Both the position numbers and the translations under genes were made by a program. Under the pieces are notes generated by a model. That model had not been told where the DNA came from. It saw only the letters and a list, made by a program, of their open reading frames with translations, and made no database searches. A stretch of 64,000 nucleotides of DNA from Trichosphaerium sp. ATCC 40318 (Eukaryota; Protista; Tubulinea). Below, piece by piece: positions 13,371 to 26,702 of this stretch (positions are counted from its first letter, which is position 1; the number at the start of each line of letters is the position of its first letter). The stretch lies in contig JALMLS010000288.1 of NCBI GenBank assembly GCA_038496445.1, forward strand, positions 62,001-126,000. Direction: 5' to 3'.

Positions 13371-13702
13371 CTACGCTTTATTATTTTAACTAGTAGTATC
13401 CAGAGACACACAAGTACAAAAAAAACTGCAGCATTTAAAGACACTTTTTGTAGAAACCCAAATATAATAAATAACTATTCTATCGAACACGTGTTTGATA
13501 GCTTGTTGATCTGGTTCGGCAAAAGTTGTATTGATACAGTGTTTGGTAATGACTTGGTACAAACAGGGTGTTTAGCTAAGTAACACATTGGAGGGTTGTT
13601 GTACTTGTATAATAACGTATGGATTTATTAAAGGGGGGTTGATATTAAGTCTTAATTACTAATAATCAAACAGTTTAGTATGAAGAGGACGTCCATATGA
13701 TT

Positions 13703-15211
13703 CTAGAAATACACATAATTACGCAACTGGCCATTGTAATGCCATTCCTTACAATGTCCTTGTAGCTTGCCTTTTACAAAATAAGCAATTGTATGCACTA
13801 TCCCATTATTGTGCCATGACTTGTATTCTCCTTCAAGGGTGTCGTTGACATAGTGACAACGCACACTCAATTCACCATTTTCGTACCATGAACTGCATTC
13901 TCCGTTATACGCATTATTGCAACAATTACACTGTTCTTTCAACTTCCCATTTTCATACCATGTTGTGTATACACCTTGTAATTCACCTTTGATGTAATTA
14001 CAGTGCTGTTTCAATTTCCCACTTTCATACCATTTTTGGTATTCTCCTCCACGTGTGCCATTTATGTAGCTATACCTCTCTTTCAAGTTGCCATTTTCAT
14101 GCCAAACGTTGTAGATTCCATTTTTCTTATTGTTAACATAGGAACATTCAATATATTTCGTTCCATTCGTATACCACGACGTATAGGCTCCTTCTTTCCA
14201 ATCTTCAATGTAAAAAGCTTCAACAAATTTTTGACCGTTGTTATACCACTTTTTGTATTCCCCGTGTTTCTCATCATGAAGGTAAAGACAATGTGTCTTA
14301 ATTTGTCCGTTGTCAAAAAAAGATTTACATTCACCATTTCTTTCACCGTTAAGGCAAATGTTGTCTTTCTTTAAGGTACCATCATTATAATACTGTCTTT
14401 GTCTACCACTTTGCTTATTGTTAACATAATATAAATGATGTAACTTCCCGTCAGACAGCCAGTGCTTGAATTCTCCCTCATATTTATCATTCCTTATAAA
14501 ATAATGGTACTCCATGTTACCATTCTGATACCACTTTTTATACTCTCCTTCATTTTTACCATTTTTATACTCTGCAAAGATCCATGGTTGACCGTTCATT
14601 TGACAATTCTTATGCTTTGATTCCATCTTATTGTTTCCATAAACAAACTGCCCGGACCTTGTACGTTCATACCAACTCTTGTAAAATCCTTCAATCTTTC
14701 CTTTTGAATAGAACGCTAGTTCTCTCATGCCACCGCTCTTGTACCACTCCTTGTACTCTCCTTCCAACGAGCCTTTAACATAAGAACCATGTACTTTTAA
14801 TGTACCATTCTTATACCATGTCATGTACATACCTTGCAACAAGTCGTTCTCAAAGAAACAGTTAACTTTCAGTTGTCCATTTTTATTCCATCGTTTATAT
14901 TCTCCATGACGAAGTCCGTTTTTCCAATATTGTTGACACGTGTTTTGAGATGTAACATTGTACAGCACCCATTTATTATGTTTCTCAAAGTTATCATCAA
15001 AACGAGTTGTCGTTGCTGCTTTCTTGGATAGCAAGGGCCATTTTATGTACGTTTCAGTGTCTAGCTCCATAATATCAAGTTGAAGCTCTACAGGAAGCTG
15101 TAACAATAAGTTACAGTCTTTTTTTGGTGTATTGGGCTGTGTCTTTGAAGGTTAGTACAGGTGGTATACACGGTCAATACAAAAGTTTTTTACCTTGCTA
15201 TTGGTTGTCAT
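13703..15211 (-). CDS. F-box + MORN-variant repeat protein with 5' mini-exon
   Basis: Exon 15194-15211 (MTTNSK), intron 15143-15193 (GTAAAA...CTAAC...AAG), then in frame ...LLQLPVELQLDIME and ~17 repeats of GEYKxWYxNGxL. Confidence 0.85.
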
Positions 15212-15331
15212 TCAAATGTATTTCAAGCTGCCGGCTGTAATAAATCACGTGACTTTTGTATAAAAAAGAAATTAAATAGTCCATCTTGCGTCAATAAAAA
15301 ATTAAGGTCACAAACCGTCTTTTTTTGCTCT

Positions 15332-15480
15332 TTGGCGTTCATACGATTACCCTGTCCTCGTGCTCAGTAACAGAGAAGGTATAAAAGGTTTATCTGGTGT
15401 TCATACAATTGATCTTGGAGGAACTTTGGTAACAGACGAAGGTGTCAAGCCACTTGAGGAGTTCATACAATAGCACTTCA
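15332..15480 (+). pseudogene. Orphan LRR-repeat fragment of the F-box/LRR family
   Basis: Degenerate GVHTITL...VT(D)EGIKGLSGVHTIDLGGTLVTDEGVK..GVHTIAL with frameshifts, no start and no F-box. Confidence 0.75.
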
Positions 15481-16890
15481 TGATACTTCAATTTCAATGT
15501 ATTAAAACCTTAAGAGATATTTGCAACGTGTTTCCAGCTTATTAATAACATGAAAACTTAACATTGTATTGATATTATTGCTTTAAGGCTTTGTAACACT
15601 GCCAGATATTAACTATGTAAATTTAAAAAAATGGAGGATGGGTTTTTAATCACGTGATAAACAATGCTTGGATGTGTTGCTAAAAATTGTAGACTGACCA
15701 CATTTGAAATTGTGAGGTTTTGTTCTTTAGAAACTGGACTTTGTTTTAAAAGCCAGGCTGTTTCAAAACATGAAAGAGACGAGCAGTACTATTTCGATGT
15801 TATACTAAACACCTGTAATGTGTACCTCTAAAAGTAAGGAACTTCCTGTAACTGCGTTTGGCAACATTAAGTTTTGCATTATTTTGCTCTGACTCTACAG
15901 CATAGAAATTGGGTTCTAGTGATACCTAGTACCTGTTTGTTCACCAATAGTTCATGAATTGCTCTAGCTACTTTATAGCGTCAACAAACCACATAAAAAA
16001 GTTTCAACACAGGCTGTATGACAACCAAGTTGACTAACAACTTCTTACACGTGTTTTATCCAACGTAAAGTAAAACCTGTGTGATTCTTCTGTGACATAT
16101 TATAAAATTGTTCACTGCACAAAATTGCCTGTATTATAACTAGCGTTCAACTTTATTCACATCATCAAATAATAATTTTCGGTTCTTGTAATCCAAGAAT
16201 TTCGTTAAAAATAAAATAAAAAACTAACTAAACAATTTCTTGTTCACATCAAAAATATGATGAAAAAAAACACCACAAAAATAAAACCGAAAACTCAAAC
16301 CGCCAAGTATTTAAAACAAAGTTGCGTACACACACAAAGTCAGAAAATGATGATGCTATGGCTTTTTTCAACGAAGTGAACAAGTGATCTAAAACATGCT
16401 ACCTAGCTTTTTTGCGTATACGACGTTAAGTTTTGCACACAAACACAGATCTGCGTTATGGTAAAAAAGAAAAAAAAAATTAATACCTGCAAGCCCTGCA
16501 AGTATTACGCAAGTCACCAAAAACTTTATCCACCACACTAGCATTACAAAGAAGCGAAAACAAAAATCTAGACGCTTCAAAAAAACGTTTTCTCAGTCTC
16601 TACCTTGCTCTTCATTCCTGCTGTTACGGAATACTATACGTACTCATAAGTGAGATCCCATACGCCGACTAATACCAGAATTGGTACCTGAGTGCTACGC
16701 CTAGTTTTGAACAAATAACTCCGGAAAAATCACGTGTTCATTTTCCGCAGATTTAAACCAAAGACATCCAAGTAAAGAACGTAATGAACAAGCTCTACTA
16801 CTTTAAGAAACTAAAAATGTGAGAAGAAAAAACCGTGGGTGCACAAGAAAAGAGCTCATTTAGTACTAGCGAAGAAAAGGGTGACCACAG

Positions 16891-17379
16891 ATGTCCAAAA
16901 AAAAGCACCCTAAAATGATACCTTACAAGCACCTAACAAGACATTGGCGTTGTAATCCACAAAGGAGAATGGAAGGTAGTAATGCCACAGCATGCTATTA
17001 TACATTCTCTCTTGATACAAGAACTGGTGAGACGACATATTACGAGCATCCATATTCGTGCAGTGAAATGGTTTGTTCTGACTTTAACGACAACAACTAT
17101 GATGAAGATCGCGTCAATAGGTACGCCAAACGTCTGAGGATATATTACAAGCGTCTAAATCTTGTTAGAATAAATAGAACGAAGATGTATCATCAACACT
17201 TTTCGGCAACAGATGATCAAACCACAGCACGCTCTATCAATTCGACTGGAAATGATCGCTTTGTAAATACAGCCAGACGAATTTTGACTAGAAGCCGATC
17301 AGCTGTCACAGGCCAAAACTTACAACGTATGGACGTAAGTTACTTACTAGACGATGGTGAGCGTAGAAATTCCTTTTGA
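16891..17379 (+). CDS. Hypothetical basic protein (162 aa)
   Basis: ATG-initiated ORF with K/R-rich N-terminus; no recognisable domain; upstream exons possible. Confidence 0.4.
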   Translation: MSKKKHPKMIPYKHLTRHWRCNPQRRMEGSNATACYYTFSLDTRTGETTYYEHPYSCSEMVCSDFNDNNYDEDRVNRYAKRLRIYYKRLNLVRINRTKMYHQHFSATDDQTTARSINSTGNDRFVNTARRILTRSRSAVTGQNLQRMDVSYLLDDGERRNSF

Positions 17380-17688
17380 TGATTTGTACGAGATCAAGCA
17401 ATTTCAAGGTTCAAGTCGTGTAAATGGCGTACTTTTACCTCGCTGCAGCCGAATCGTATAAAAACGCAACTGGTGACCGCTGCCGAAAGAAAAAAAAGCG
17501 GAATTATTTATTGAATAAAACACTTCGAAAAGAACACGTGATGTTCGAACGGTTTGTTCATCATTTACGCTACAATTAGGTACAAAAACAGCCAACGCAA
17601 TTTTAAAAGGATAATCTGAAACAAAAAACAGAGACATGGAGTTCTACAGAACAAAGTTTATAAAAAGAGGTAAAAATTATACATTATT

Positions 17689-18705
17689 TTACTTCTCCTC
17701 ACACCACTCGTTCTCTTTTCGGACCTTAGCCTCTTCTTCAGGGGTAAAGTCGTTTTTGATGTGGAATACTTTACGAATCTCTTCGACGCTCTTTCCTTTC
17801 ATCATGTTGACAACAGTTTTACAACCGAGGTCCAATAGTGGTTTGATATCCAAGTAATTGGCGGCCTAGAAACGGAGGAGTTAGCCAAGGAAACCAAAAA
17901 AAAATTCAACAAACTTTAAGAAAAAAGACGACAGAGAGTTAAAAAAAAACGTACCAAAATCAATTCAAAGAGCATTTCTTGCTCAACATTCATGAAATCT
18001 TTATCCCATTTGACGATGGTGAGTTTTCCATCTTCGTCAGTTTTGTTCTCGTCAGTTCCCTCCTTCTTTGTTTCGTCGTTTGCGGAAGGGTGCTCTACGT
18101 GCCAGTTACAGTACTCGATGACCTTCTTTAAAATCTTTCCGCTGACATTAGGGAGAGGAATGGCTGTGTCGCCGTCAGTGTCCAAATCTAAGCGAAAGTA
18201 AGCGATTTGTAGAGCAGGGTTTAATTCAGCAAACTAGAGTCGCAGCAAAAGCTCAATTTGTTCTTATTGAGGTATTTAGAAACGCAAAATTACCTTCCAA
18301 CATGTTTTTAATGGTGGTGCTCATCTGGGCGACCTCTGGGGATACGTCGTACGTCTCTTCATCAGAGGATTGCAATTTAACTTGGTTACCTATGAAGCTG
18401 TTAGCGAAATTAAAAAGCGGTTCGGTTTTTGCAAAACTTTGTAGAAGCAAATAGGCTTCTAATGGATCAATTAAATAGTATCTACCCTTGTGAGGCAATC
18501 GATGAAGTAATTTGCGGGTTTGGGCACCAGGAACGAACGATCTGCAAAAAACAGATCCAGCTGCGTGGCACAAAATAGGAATAACGGCGTAAAATTACAA
18601 CAGTTTTGGACTGCTGAGGTTAATTTTTACAAGAAGAAGCCGTGGAAAACACAAAAGAAAAGCAAGCCATATTGTGTTCGAAAAGTATAATGTACCTTCG
18701 CTCAT
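17689..18705 (-). CDS. SKP1: S-phase kinase-associated protein 1 (SCF adaptor), 4 exons
   Basis: [15 protein letters not shown]...[32 protein letters not shown]...[46 protein letters not shown]. Confidence 0.96.
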
Positions 18706-19290
18706 GTTGTTGTGTTGGTTATTGAAACGATATTTTTGTTCTTTGTTAAGTACGACAAGTAAAATTTAAGTGAAAGGGGTTTGGTTGGTCCTTTGTCGTG
18801 AGTCTTTATGGAAGAGGCACTGGTTTTTCAATAACCACACAGATGATTTAACATTCACAGAAACTAGGCGTTTTTGCGCTTTATAATAAACCTAAGTGAC
18901 TTCACTTGATCAAAGACGCCTACTTACGACAGCGCCAGTTGTTGTACCACATGAACTTTGCTAACTATGTCGATAGTATCGCACAGTTAGAGAATTTTGT
19001 GGTAACCAAAATAACCCTCTTCGCAATAAATCTTGGTTGGTGTCTGTTTTCGCTTTTTCCGCTCTTACAGATCTGGGAAATGATTTACAATACTGCAACG
19101 ACCTGTTTCCCTCTGTTGCTCCATTCAACGTTGTCACGTGCCAATAACCGGTGGTTGCTAGCGGTGTTACACAAGCTGCTCGCTTGTGCAGTACATAAAC
19201 AAATACAAGCAATGTCACTCTGAGAAATTTCGGATAATTTCAGAGTTGCCTTAATGCGTTTTGTTCTAGCTTTTTTCTTTAGCCTTCTCA
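18706..19290. promoter_or_regulatory. Probable bidirectional promoter between divergent SKP1 and eEF1B-gamma
   Basis: Head-to-head ATGs at 18705 (-) and 19291 (+) with 585 bp between them. Confidence 0.45.
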
Positions 19291-20934
19291 ATGGTATGTA
19301 GCAACCCCTGTGTATTTCTTTTAACGTATTTTAGGAATACTACACACGCCCTAACGACGCACGCGGAAACAAAGCCTTGATCGCCGCCCAGTACACTGGT
19401 GCCGACCTCGGCGTCAAAGCTGACTTCAAATTCCCAGTTGGTTGCCGTAACAAGCAATTCAAAGGTCTAAACCCTGTTGGAAAGGTAAATACAGGATCAA
19501 ACTTACAGATCTCCAACGTGTCTCTTTCTCATGCTGACGGTTGTAGGTTCCTGTCCTCGTCACCCCAGAAGGACCAATCTTTGAGTCTAACTCAATTCTT
19601 CGCTTTGGTACGCAAAAAAACAGACAATTATTATTTATTTAATTAACACAACTCTAGTCGCACGCGCTGGCAAGAAATTGTACGGTTCCAGCGACTACGA
19701 AGCCTCTTTGGTTGACCAATGGTTGGACTTTGCCCAAAACGAAATCCAACTCCCTGGTGATGCTTGGTTGTACCCAATCTGGGAATACGTACCAAACAAC
19801 GCTGAGGTAACCCATTCACAACAACAAAAGACTTTTGTTTTTCTCATTTTATTTCTAGGCCACCAACAAGGCTAAATCTGATATCCGCAGAGTTATGTCT
19901 GTCCTTAACGGTCACCTCGCTACCCGCACATTCGTTGTTGGAGAGAGACTATCTATCGCTGATATTGGTCTCGTATGCGCCTTATACCCACTATACGTTG
20001 AGGTACGTTAACCCTGAGACTCTTTAACGACCTTTGTGACATGTTGAATTTTTTCTTACTCAAACTCTCCAGGTTCTTGACAACAAGACCCGCAAACCTT
20101 TCGGTAACGTAAACAGATGGTACAAGACTTGCATCAACCAACCAGAATTCAAGAAAGTCTTGGGTACCCTCGCTTTCTGCGAAAAGATGCGTGTAGCTCC
20201 AGCTGCCCCTGCTGCCGCTGCTGCTAAGCCAGCTGCCAAACCAGCTGCTGCTCCAGCTAAGAAAAAGGCCAAGAAAAAGGACGAGTTTGCTGAGCTCCCA
20301 AAAACAAACTTTGACCTCGAAGAGTGGAAACGTATCTACTCTAACCAGGACACAAAGACTGAGGCTATGCCATGGTTCTGGAAAAACTACGACGCCGCTG
20401 GCTGGTACGTGGATACAAGCCCAAAAAAAAAGAGTTTTTTTTTTGAATTTTTTTGTAATTGATTGTCGTTTTTAGGTCTTTGTGGTGGTCTGACTACAAG
20501 TACAACGATGAGTGTGAGAAACTCTTCATGACAAGCAACTTGATCGGTGGTTACTGTCAACGTTTGGATCGTCTCCGCAAATACGGATTCGGTAACTTGT
20601 TGATCTTCGGAGAAGAGCCAAAACTCGAAGTCTCTTGCGTATGGTTGTTCCGTGGAACCAAGGTCCCACAAGTCATGAAAGATTGTGATGACTCCGAGAA
20701 CTACACCTGGAAACAAGTACGTGGTTTTAGAGAACAGAGAAACAAATTTTTTTTTTTGATTTCGTCATTTCGTCTTTTTTGTGTAAATCCTATCTACGCG
20801 CTTTTTTCTTATCGTTTTTTGAATAGGTCAACGTTGAAGATCCTAAAGAAAAGGCTCTTGTTGGTGACTACTTTGCATGGGAAGGTGACTTCGGTGGAAA
20901 AGTATTCAAAGATAACGGAAAAGTTTTCAAGTAA
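19291..20934 (+). CDS. EEF1G: Elongation factor 1B-gamma (GST-like N-domain plus EF1G C-domain), multi-exon
   Basis: NPVGKVP, IFESNSILRF, VDQWLDFA, TFVVGERL, Ala/Pro/Lys linker, FDLEEWKRIYSNQDT, WFWKNYD, FMTSNLIGGYCQRLD, DYFAWEG...KVFK*. Confidence 0.95.
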
Positions 20935-21166
20935 ACTACTTGCTGTTTTTTTAAACTGTCAGAATAAATTTATCTGCAATCACCTCGTTCTTAATTGTTG
21001 TGACCCAATTGTTTGTTACGTGTTGAAGGAAGGGAAAAGCTGCTCAACTTCAGAAATGGATTGACTCAGTTTACGTCTTGTTGAGCTTGTTAATGTTCAA
21101 TGTTGACATTTAACTACAGATGATGGTCACCTAGCGGTTTTCTATGCGTTGGGTGCATTATTACGT

Positions 21167-24100
21167 ATGATTTCAGTTAGATTTGTACAGACACTATCTA
21201 AATCACTATTTATCTGTAAATATAACACCAAAGGTACGCTTAATGCGTGTTTCTCATTTGTACATGCCAGAATAACTAAACTAGTTACATCATGTAAAAT
21301 ATCAGTTCCAAATCGCGCCTACACGATTTTACTAGCAGATGACACTTTAGACGCGCCTGTCAAGGCCAAATTTGACTTTGTAACCGATTTTCTTTCAACA
21401 GAGCGTTACGAGTACGTCAATACCTCCAGTAGGTCATAAATACATCTGTGTTTCTATTACGAGACTATCGTATCCTTTAAAAGCGAACTTGTAAATAAGT
21501 TGCTTTAGCTTCGTTGTGAGACTCCATTTTGTATCTAGTATTGTTTATTACGTTTCTCACGTTATTTAAAAGCACGCCAGGACATGTCATTGATGATCAA
21601 AGACGTCATTTCAACAGAGCTGCAAAGATTGCAAATATTAAAACTCTAGATGGTTGGTATGCATGTACAGCAAGGGATATGATAAAATATGGATTAAAGT
21701 TAATCATGTTCAAGTAAGTAAAGTAGTCACGTGATAGCTTGTCACTGAGATAAGAGTCAAAGAGCTCTAATGAAGAAAGAACTTGATTCTCATTTTTAAT
21801 AAATATAGGTACAATCATTCAGTGTCAAAGGCGTTGAAGACTATATTTCCTAAATACTCTTGGCAAATATGGCGATTCAAGTACGTTGCGGGTTATATGG
21901 CGTATTCACAGTGCTCATTTGTTATAGAAATGCACCTACAGGTCACTGGCATGATAAAGTCAATCAAAGAATTAAATTCAATAATATTGCTGAGGAACTT
22001 GAACTCAAAGTAGCAGATGATTGGTATAATGTCACGTGGGATACTATTAGAGAATATGGAGGACGTGGAATAATGGCTGGGAGGTACACAGATAGGCTAA
22101 AGCGCCATATTTAACAACAAAAAACACGCAACGCAAGAGCTATTTTCTTCATTTTTTAGTTAATTAATCGACTTCGTCTTAACTTTCTACCTCTCAGATA
22201 CAAAGACTCTATCTCTGTTGCATTGAAGGCAATATATCCAGAATATACATGGATTGACTATGACTTTACGTATGTTTCCTCGTAATCCATCATGTGGATA
22301 TTCTTTAACAAATCACCTAACTTTTTGAGGTTATTTATAGGAGTGCTCCAGCTCGTCATTGGCATAAGAGGAGTAATCAACGTGAAAAATTTGAAGACAT
22401 ATGCCGTATCTTGAAAATTAAAACAGCTGATGGATGGACTGAAACATCAAAGATTGATCTTTGCTGGCTTGGAGCTCAGCCTATAATGAACATGTAACGC
22501 AATCCAATATTTTTCTGAGTTCAAAGAATCACTTTTTTATTAAAATTAAACATGTCACTGTCATCTTGTTGACAGCAATAACATAGATAACTCACTTTTT
22601 GTATTTATAGGCATAGTAACTCAAAGATTAAGACTCTAAAGTATGTATTTCCTGAATACAATTGGGATCTATTGAGGTTCAAAAAGTACGTAGGATTGAC
22701 ACTGAGGGTGTTCACTTTTGTTTTTTTTTTTTTTGGTTTTAAAGATTTGTTGCTATTGACAGTGCACTTACTGTTTTGCATAGGTCTGTGCGGGCAAGGG
22801 TGGTGATAAAACCAAGATTAAGTCGTTCATGGAAAAGGAATGCACGTGCTAGAGTTGAGGAGGTTGCTGAGTTGAGGAACATCAAGACTTGCTCAGATTG
22901 GTATAATGCTACTCATAGTGATATCGTACAACTGCGTGGTATACTACCAAAGTAAGTAAAGTAAAAAAAAAAGAAGAAGAAAAGAAAAATAGACCCTGAG
23001 TACCAGTACCATACGTTCGACTAAAATTTTTTTTATCAAGGTTCCAACGTTCTTTGTTTGTGTTGTTGTCAACTCTTTATGATTCCTTTAACTGGGAGCA
23101 ACAAAAGTTTATTGTATTGTACGTTTATGTTTTAATAGCATGCAGTTATGTTCTTATTGATTGTTTAGTCATGACTTGCAAAAGAAAGGAAAGAACTACT
23201 GGCATGATCGTCAGACTCTTCGTCAATTTTTTCTATGTCTAGAAAAACCTCTTAACATTGACCACCCTGAGATGTGGTATGTATAATTCTCATGTCACTA
23301 CTAGCGTTTAAATGATTCTATTTATACTTATGGAACGTAGGTATAGAATATCAAAGAAACAGATAGATGAGTATGGAGGTGGAGGTGCTTGGAAGTATTT
23401 TCCTCAAGTTTTAGAAATCATACATCCGCAAGTCAAATGGCGTTGGAAAAACTTTGCTGTAAATACAAAAAGATCTTTCCAAAGGTACTCAATAAGAACA
23501 TCTATATACACACTCTTATAAGCAACTTAATTAACACATTTGATTTAACCTAAGGTCGTTGATGAAGGCAGTTGAGGAACTTTTTCCAAATGAACTAGTT
23601 ATTGAAGAACATGTTATTGGTGTAAGAGATTCTACTGGTACGTCACCATAAATATGTTGTTCTATATAAATATACTCTCTTTAATTCACATATACAATAG
23701 GAAGTGTACTTACAGTTGATGTGTTTGTACCAAAGTACAATTTGGCGTTCGAGTATCAAGGTTATTCTTTTTTATTACAAACTATGAGCGTTCTCCTTGG
23801 TCATTCTCAATTCTTTATAGGAGAGCATCACTATCATGATGTGTTTACCTACGGACCACCAGCTGCTGTATTTGGGATGAGAGACTCTGAAAAGCAGTTC
23901 CACTGCAGAGAAGCAGGTGCGTTATTGAAAAACTGCCTTAACCAAAATTAAATTGCTCTTGGATTCATTGTTGCGACTAATTGTCGACTGTATCGTTCAT
24001 CTCAAAAAAGTTTTACCTGAACATCCAATCCAACACTCGGTTTTTTATAATCACGTGATTTCCTATTAAACAAAAAAATCACGTGATTGCCAGATTCTAT

Positions 24101-24445
24101 ACTAAAATGTTGTTTTTTGTTCATCACGTGCGTTGACTAACACGTATGTTTTAATTTCCAGATATTACCCTTATTCCTATACCGTACTGGTGGAATCGCA
24201 GTGTTGATGTACTCGCTGCTACGATTAAACATTGGAAACCATCCATGAACTTTGACACATCACCTGCATTCAAGGCACTATTAACTCCTCAGTCTTCATT
24301 GTACGACAGAGAAGGTATGTCAACCCCCTATCTTTTGCTTCTTGCTTTTTTCAGTAAGAGCTTATTGCTTATCATGAATGTAGGCTTATTTGCTGGGAAG
24401 AGAATAATGATGCCAACATCCCAGCAACATATTGTAATGAAGTAA
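21167..24445 (+). CDS. Trp-rich ~70-aa tandem-repeat protein with C-terminal PD-(D/E)XK/DUF559/RAP-like endonuclease-fold domain; multi-exon, start uncertain
   Basis: Five repeats of pattern W.D..N.R..F......I...D.WY......I..GG....Y..S...LK.I(F/Y)P.Y.W...F, then LTVDVFVPKYNLAFEYQGEHHY...RDSEK...CREA.ITLIPIPYWW. Confidence 0.8.
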
Positions 24446-24789
24446 TAAACTACTTTGTTATTCAGCGTTTGCACTGTAATGGTGACATATTTTGGTTGAA
24501 ATGTTGCCATTGGGTATGTTCAAGGTTTTCATATTAATGACCCATCACGTATTTCTGTGCTGACCTGTGGGTCCCTTGAGGGTAATTGAATGTATCAATT
24601 GTACTGACAGTGCCTATTAAAAACACGTGCTTGTAGAGTTTGTACAGGTTTTAGTAAACAAGTTTTTGGTTTCCAGGACAGATTCCAGATGAAATGTTTC
24701 GTATCAGCTTCCATTTCTCATTGGCTTTAGCAACGGCTCACGACTTCGTAGATGTTGAGAATCAGGTGCGATATTGAGACACTGAATTC

Positions 24790-25650
24790 TCGCATCAACA
24801 TCAAATCATCTTGTTATTTTCTTTCGGAAACTTCCAGAAGAACACACTCTCATTGCTTTCCATTAGCTCAATAATCCAAAATACTGTTTTACATCGATTG
24901 TATCCAAGAATTAAATTGTGGGATAACGCAAAGGTGTAGCGTTTGTCGTGTTGTTTAGACTGACTTGAATTGAATTTGATTGTATTTTAAGCTGAGATAT
25001 TGGTGTTGTATTGCTGCTAAACACATGATTATGGTGGTTCATTTTAGATAGCACCCATGTGAATTTCTGCTGTTAAAATCACACCAAGTACTCCAACTTA
25101 TTCGAACTTTCATCAGGCACCAATCCACCACGAATGAGAAACGTAGGCTTTGTGCGTTACGCAAAGTACTCCGAGATGACATATCAAGAATAGCCTGTAC
25201 TCTAGAAGTGCTACCTGTGCTCATACTAATCAATAAACTAAACATGCTCATAAAGTACCAAGGCGATCCAGACAAGGATTTACTATGTTTAATACCTTGT
25301 GTCTTTGAAGCTTTAATCTGTACTTCTTCAATAGAACGAGAGAACACTGTCGTAGAGCTTGGAACACATGTATCGATATCTTGAGATGCGCAAAGATATA
25401 TCCACCAACATTAGCACCTCGGACAACAGTGGCACAAACAACATATTCACCTTACTCAATGCAAAATTGCACTGCTGAAGACGCCTATGTCCTTGTTGCG
25501 CTTGGATTTAAACCTGAGGTTTGTATCAAGGAAATGAAGTTTGTATCCAACAATGTATCTAAATAAAACGTCTTCGAGAACCTTGTGCCCCAGTTTCATT
25601 CTATTTTTTGTACATACAACGACAACGTTACAATAGCACCAGTGATAGTT
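24790..25650. repeat. Degenerate dispersed repeat; inverted homologue at ~55420-56375
   Basis: Shared blocks, e.g. tatccaagaattaaattgtgggataacgcaaa (24901) vs its reverse complement near 56258, and caatccaccacgaatgagaaac vs ~55825. Confidence 0.75.
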
Positions 25651-25780
25651 CTCAAACTTGGGTCCAAGGATAGTTTTCCTTGCTCTGGATTTTGCTTTTT
25701 TATCAAGGGCAGCCACAAAGTTGATTAGTATATGTCCACAATTGTCCTACATCCAACGTACTGTGGGAAATTCTAATAGT

Positions 25781-26702
25781 TTATTGTTTTTGTTTGTTCA
25801 TGGTAAGATTTACAATACTACTAATAAGATAAGAACAATGGCCAGACATCTCCTCACGTTTTTTCTTTTTAATATTAAGTTGAAAAAACACTGTAAGCTG
25901 AAATACACGTGGTGTTGAAGAATTGGCAACACGTACTTCTAAGCTTTTACCATGAAGAGATAACATTTCAGGAGGTTGACAATCCTCTTGTGACCTAGGA
26001 TCATACAAGGAAAAATCGGTTGTGGTTGGATCTGACATACCAAAACAGGCAGGTACTTTGTATGTATGTACATCTCCAGGGTTAAGTGTAATATCTGAGT
26101 CACGTGGCCTTGATGCGTCAAAATGAATGGTTCTATAATTTCCTAGATACCCACGAGGATCTGTCACTCTAGGATTCCATACATATAAAGCATAGCCTAC
26201 TTCAATACCTGTGGGCTGTATGATCTCTGGTTTGTTACCAACATTTTCAAGTTTGAGTTTGAATAATATAGTATCACCGTTATGTACGTGTTTTATCACA
26301 AGTCAACTCAGCAATGATGTTTGGAACAAGTTTGTTTCTGTACTTTTCTTTCCACGTGATTGGTTTTAATTTGTATGCAATAGGTGGTGCTTCAAGTTGT
26401 ACAAACTGTTGCTTGGTATCACAGTATGTATACCTCATTAATTTTTTCTGAATAATCACGTGGATTGCAGACTCTATTTCTTCAGCACCCTTACCCCATT
26501 TCCGATGGTACAAGCCTCGATAAATATAATCTGAGTTGTTTCGTATCATATCGTCCAGAAAATGGTTTGATTGTTGTAGCGAAGCTAAATCTTGCCATGT
26601 CATGCCATTTCTCACGATAATAATCAAAAGAATCTCAACAGGTATTGACACCAAGGATTGTGATGAATTAGCTAATTCTGAGGTTGAACCTTTAACTGAC
26701 AT
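25781..26702 (-). pseudogene. F-box + Ig-like beta-sandwich gene split by a 1-nt frameshift (pseudogene or assembly error)
   Basis: F-box LVSIPVEILLIII in ORF 26280-26702. One A fewer in gataaaacac (~26292) gives a continuous ELTCDKHVHNGDTILFKLKLENVGNKP...LNPGD. Confidence 0.65.

Noticed and set aside
13703-15106. Bacterial YwqK-type antitoxin / toxin-antitoxin locus
   Set aside because: The similarity comes from MORN-variant repeats; the gene has an F-box and a spliceosomal intron, and no toxin partner is present.
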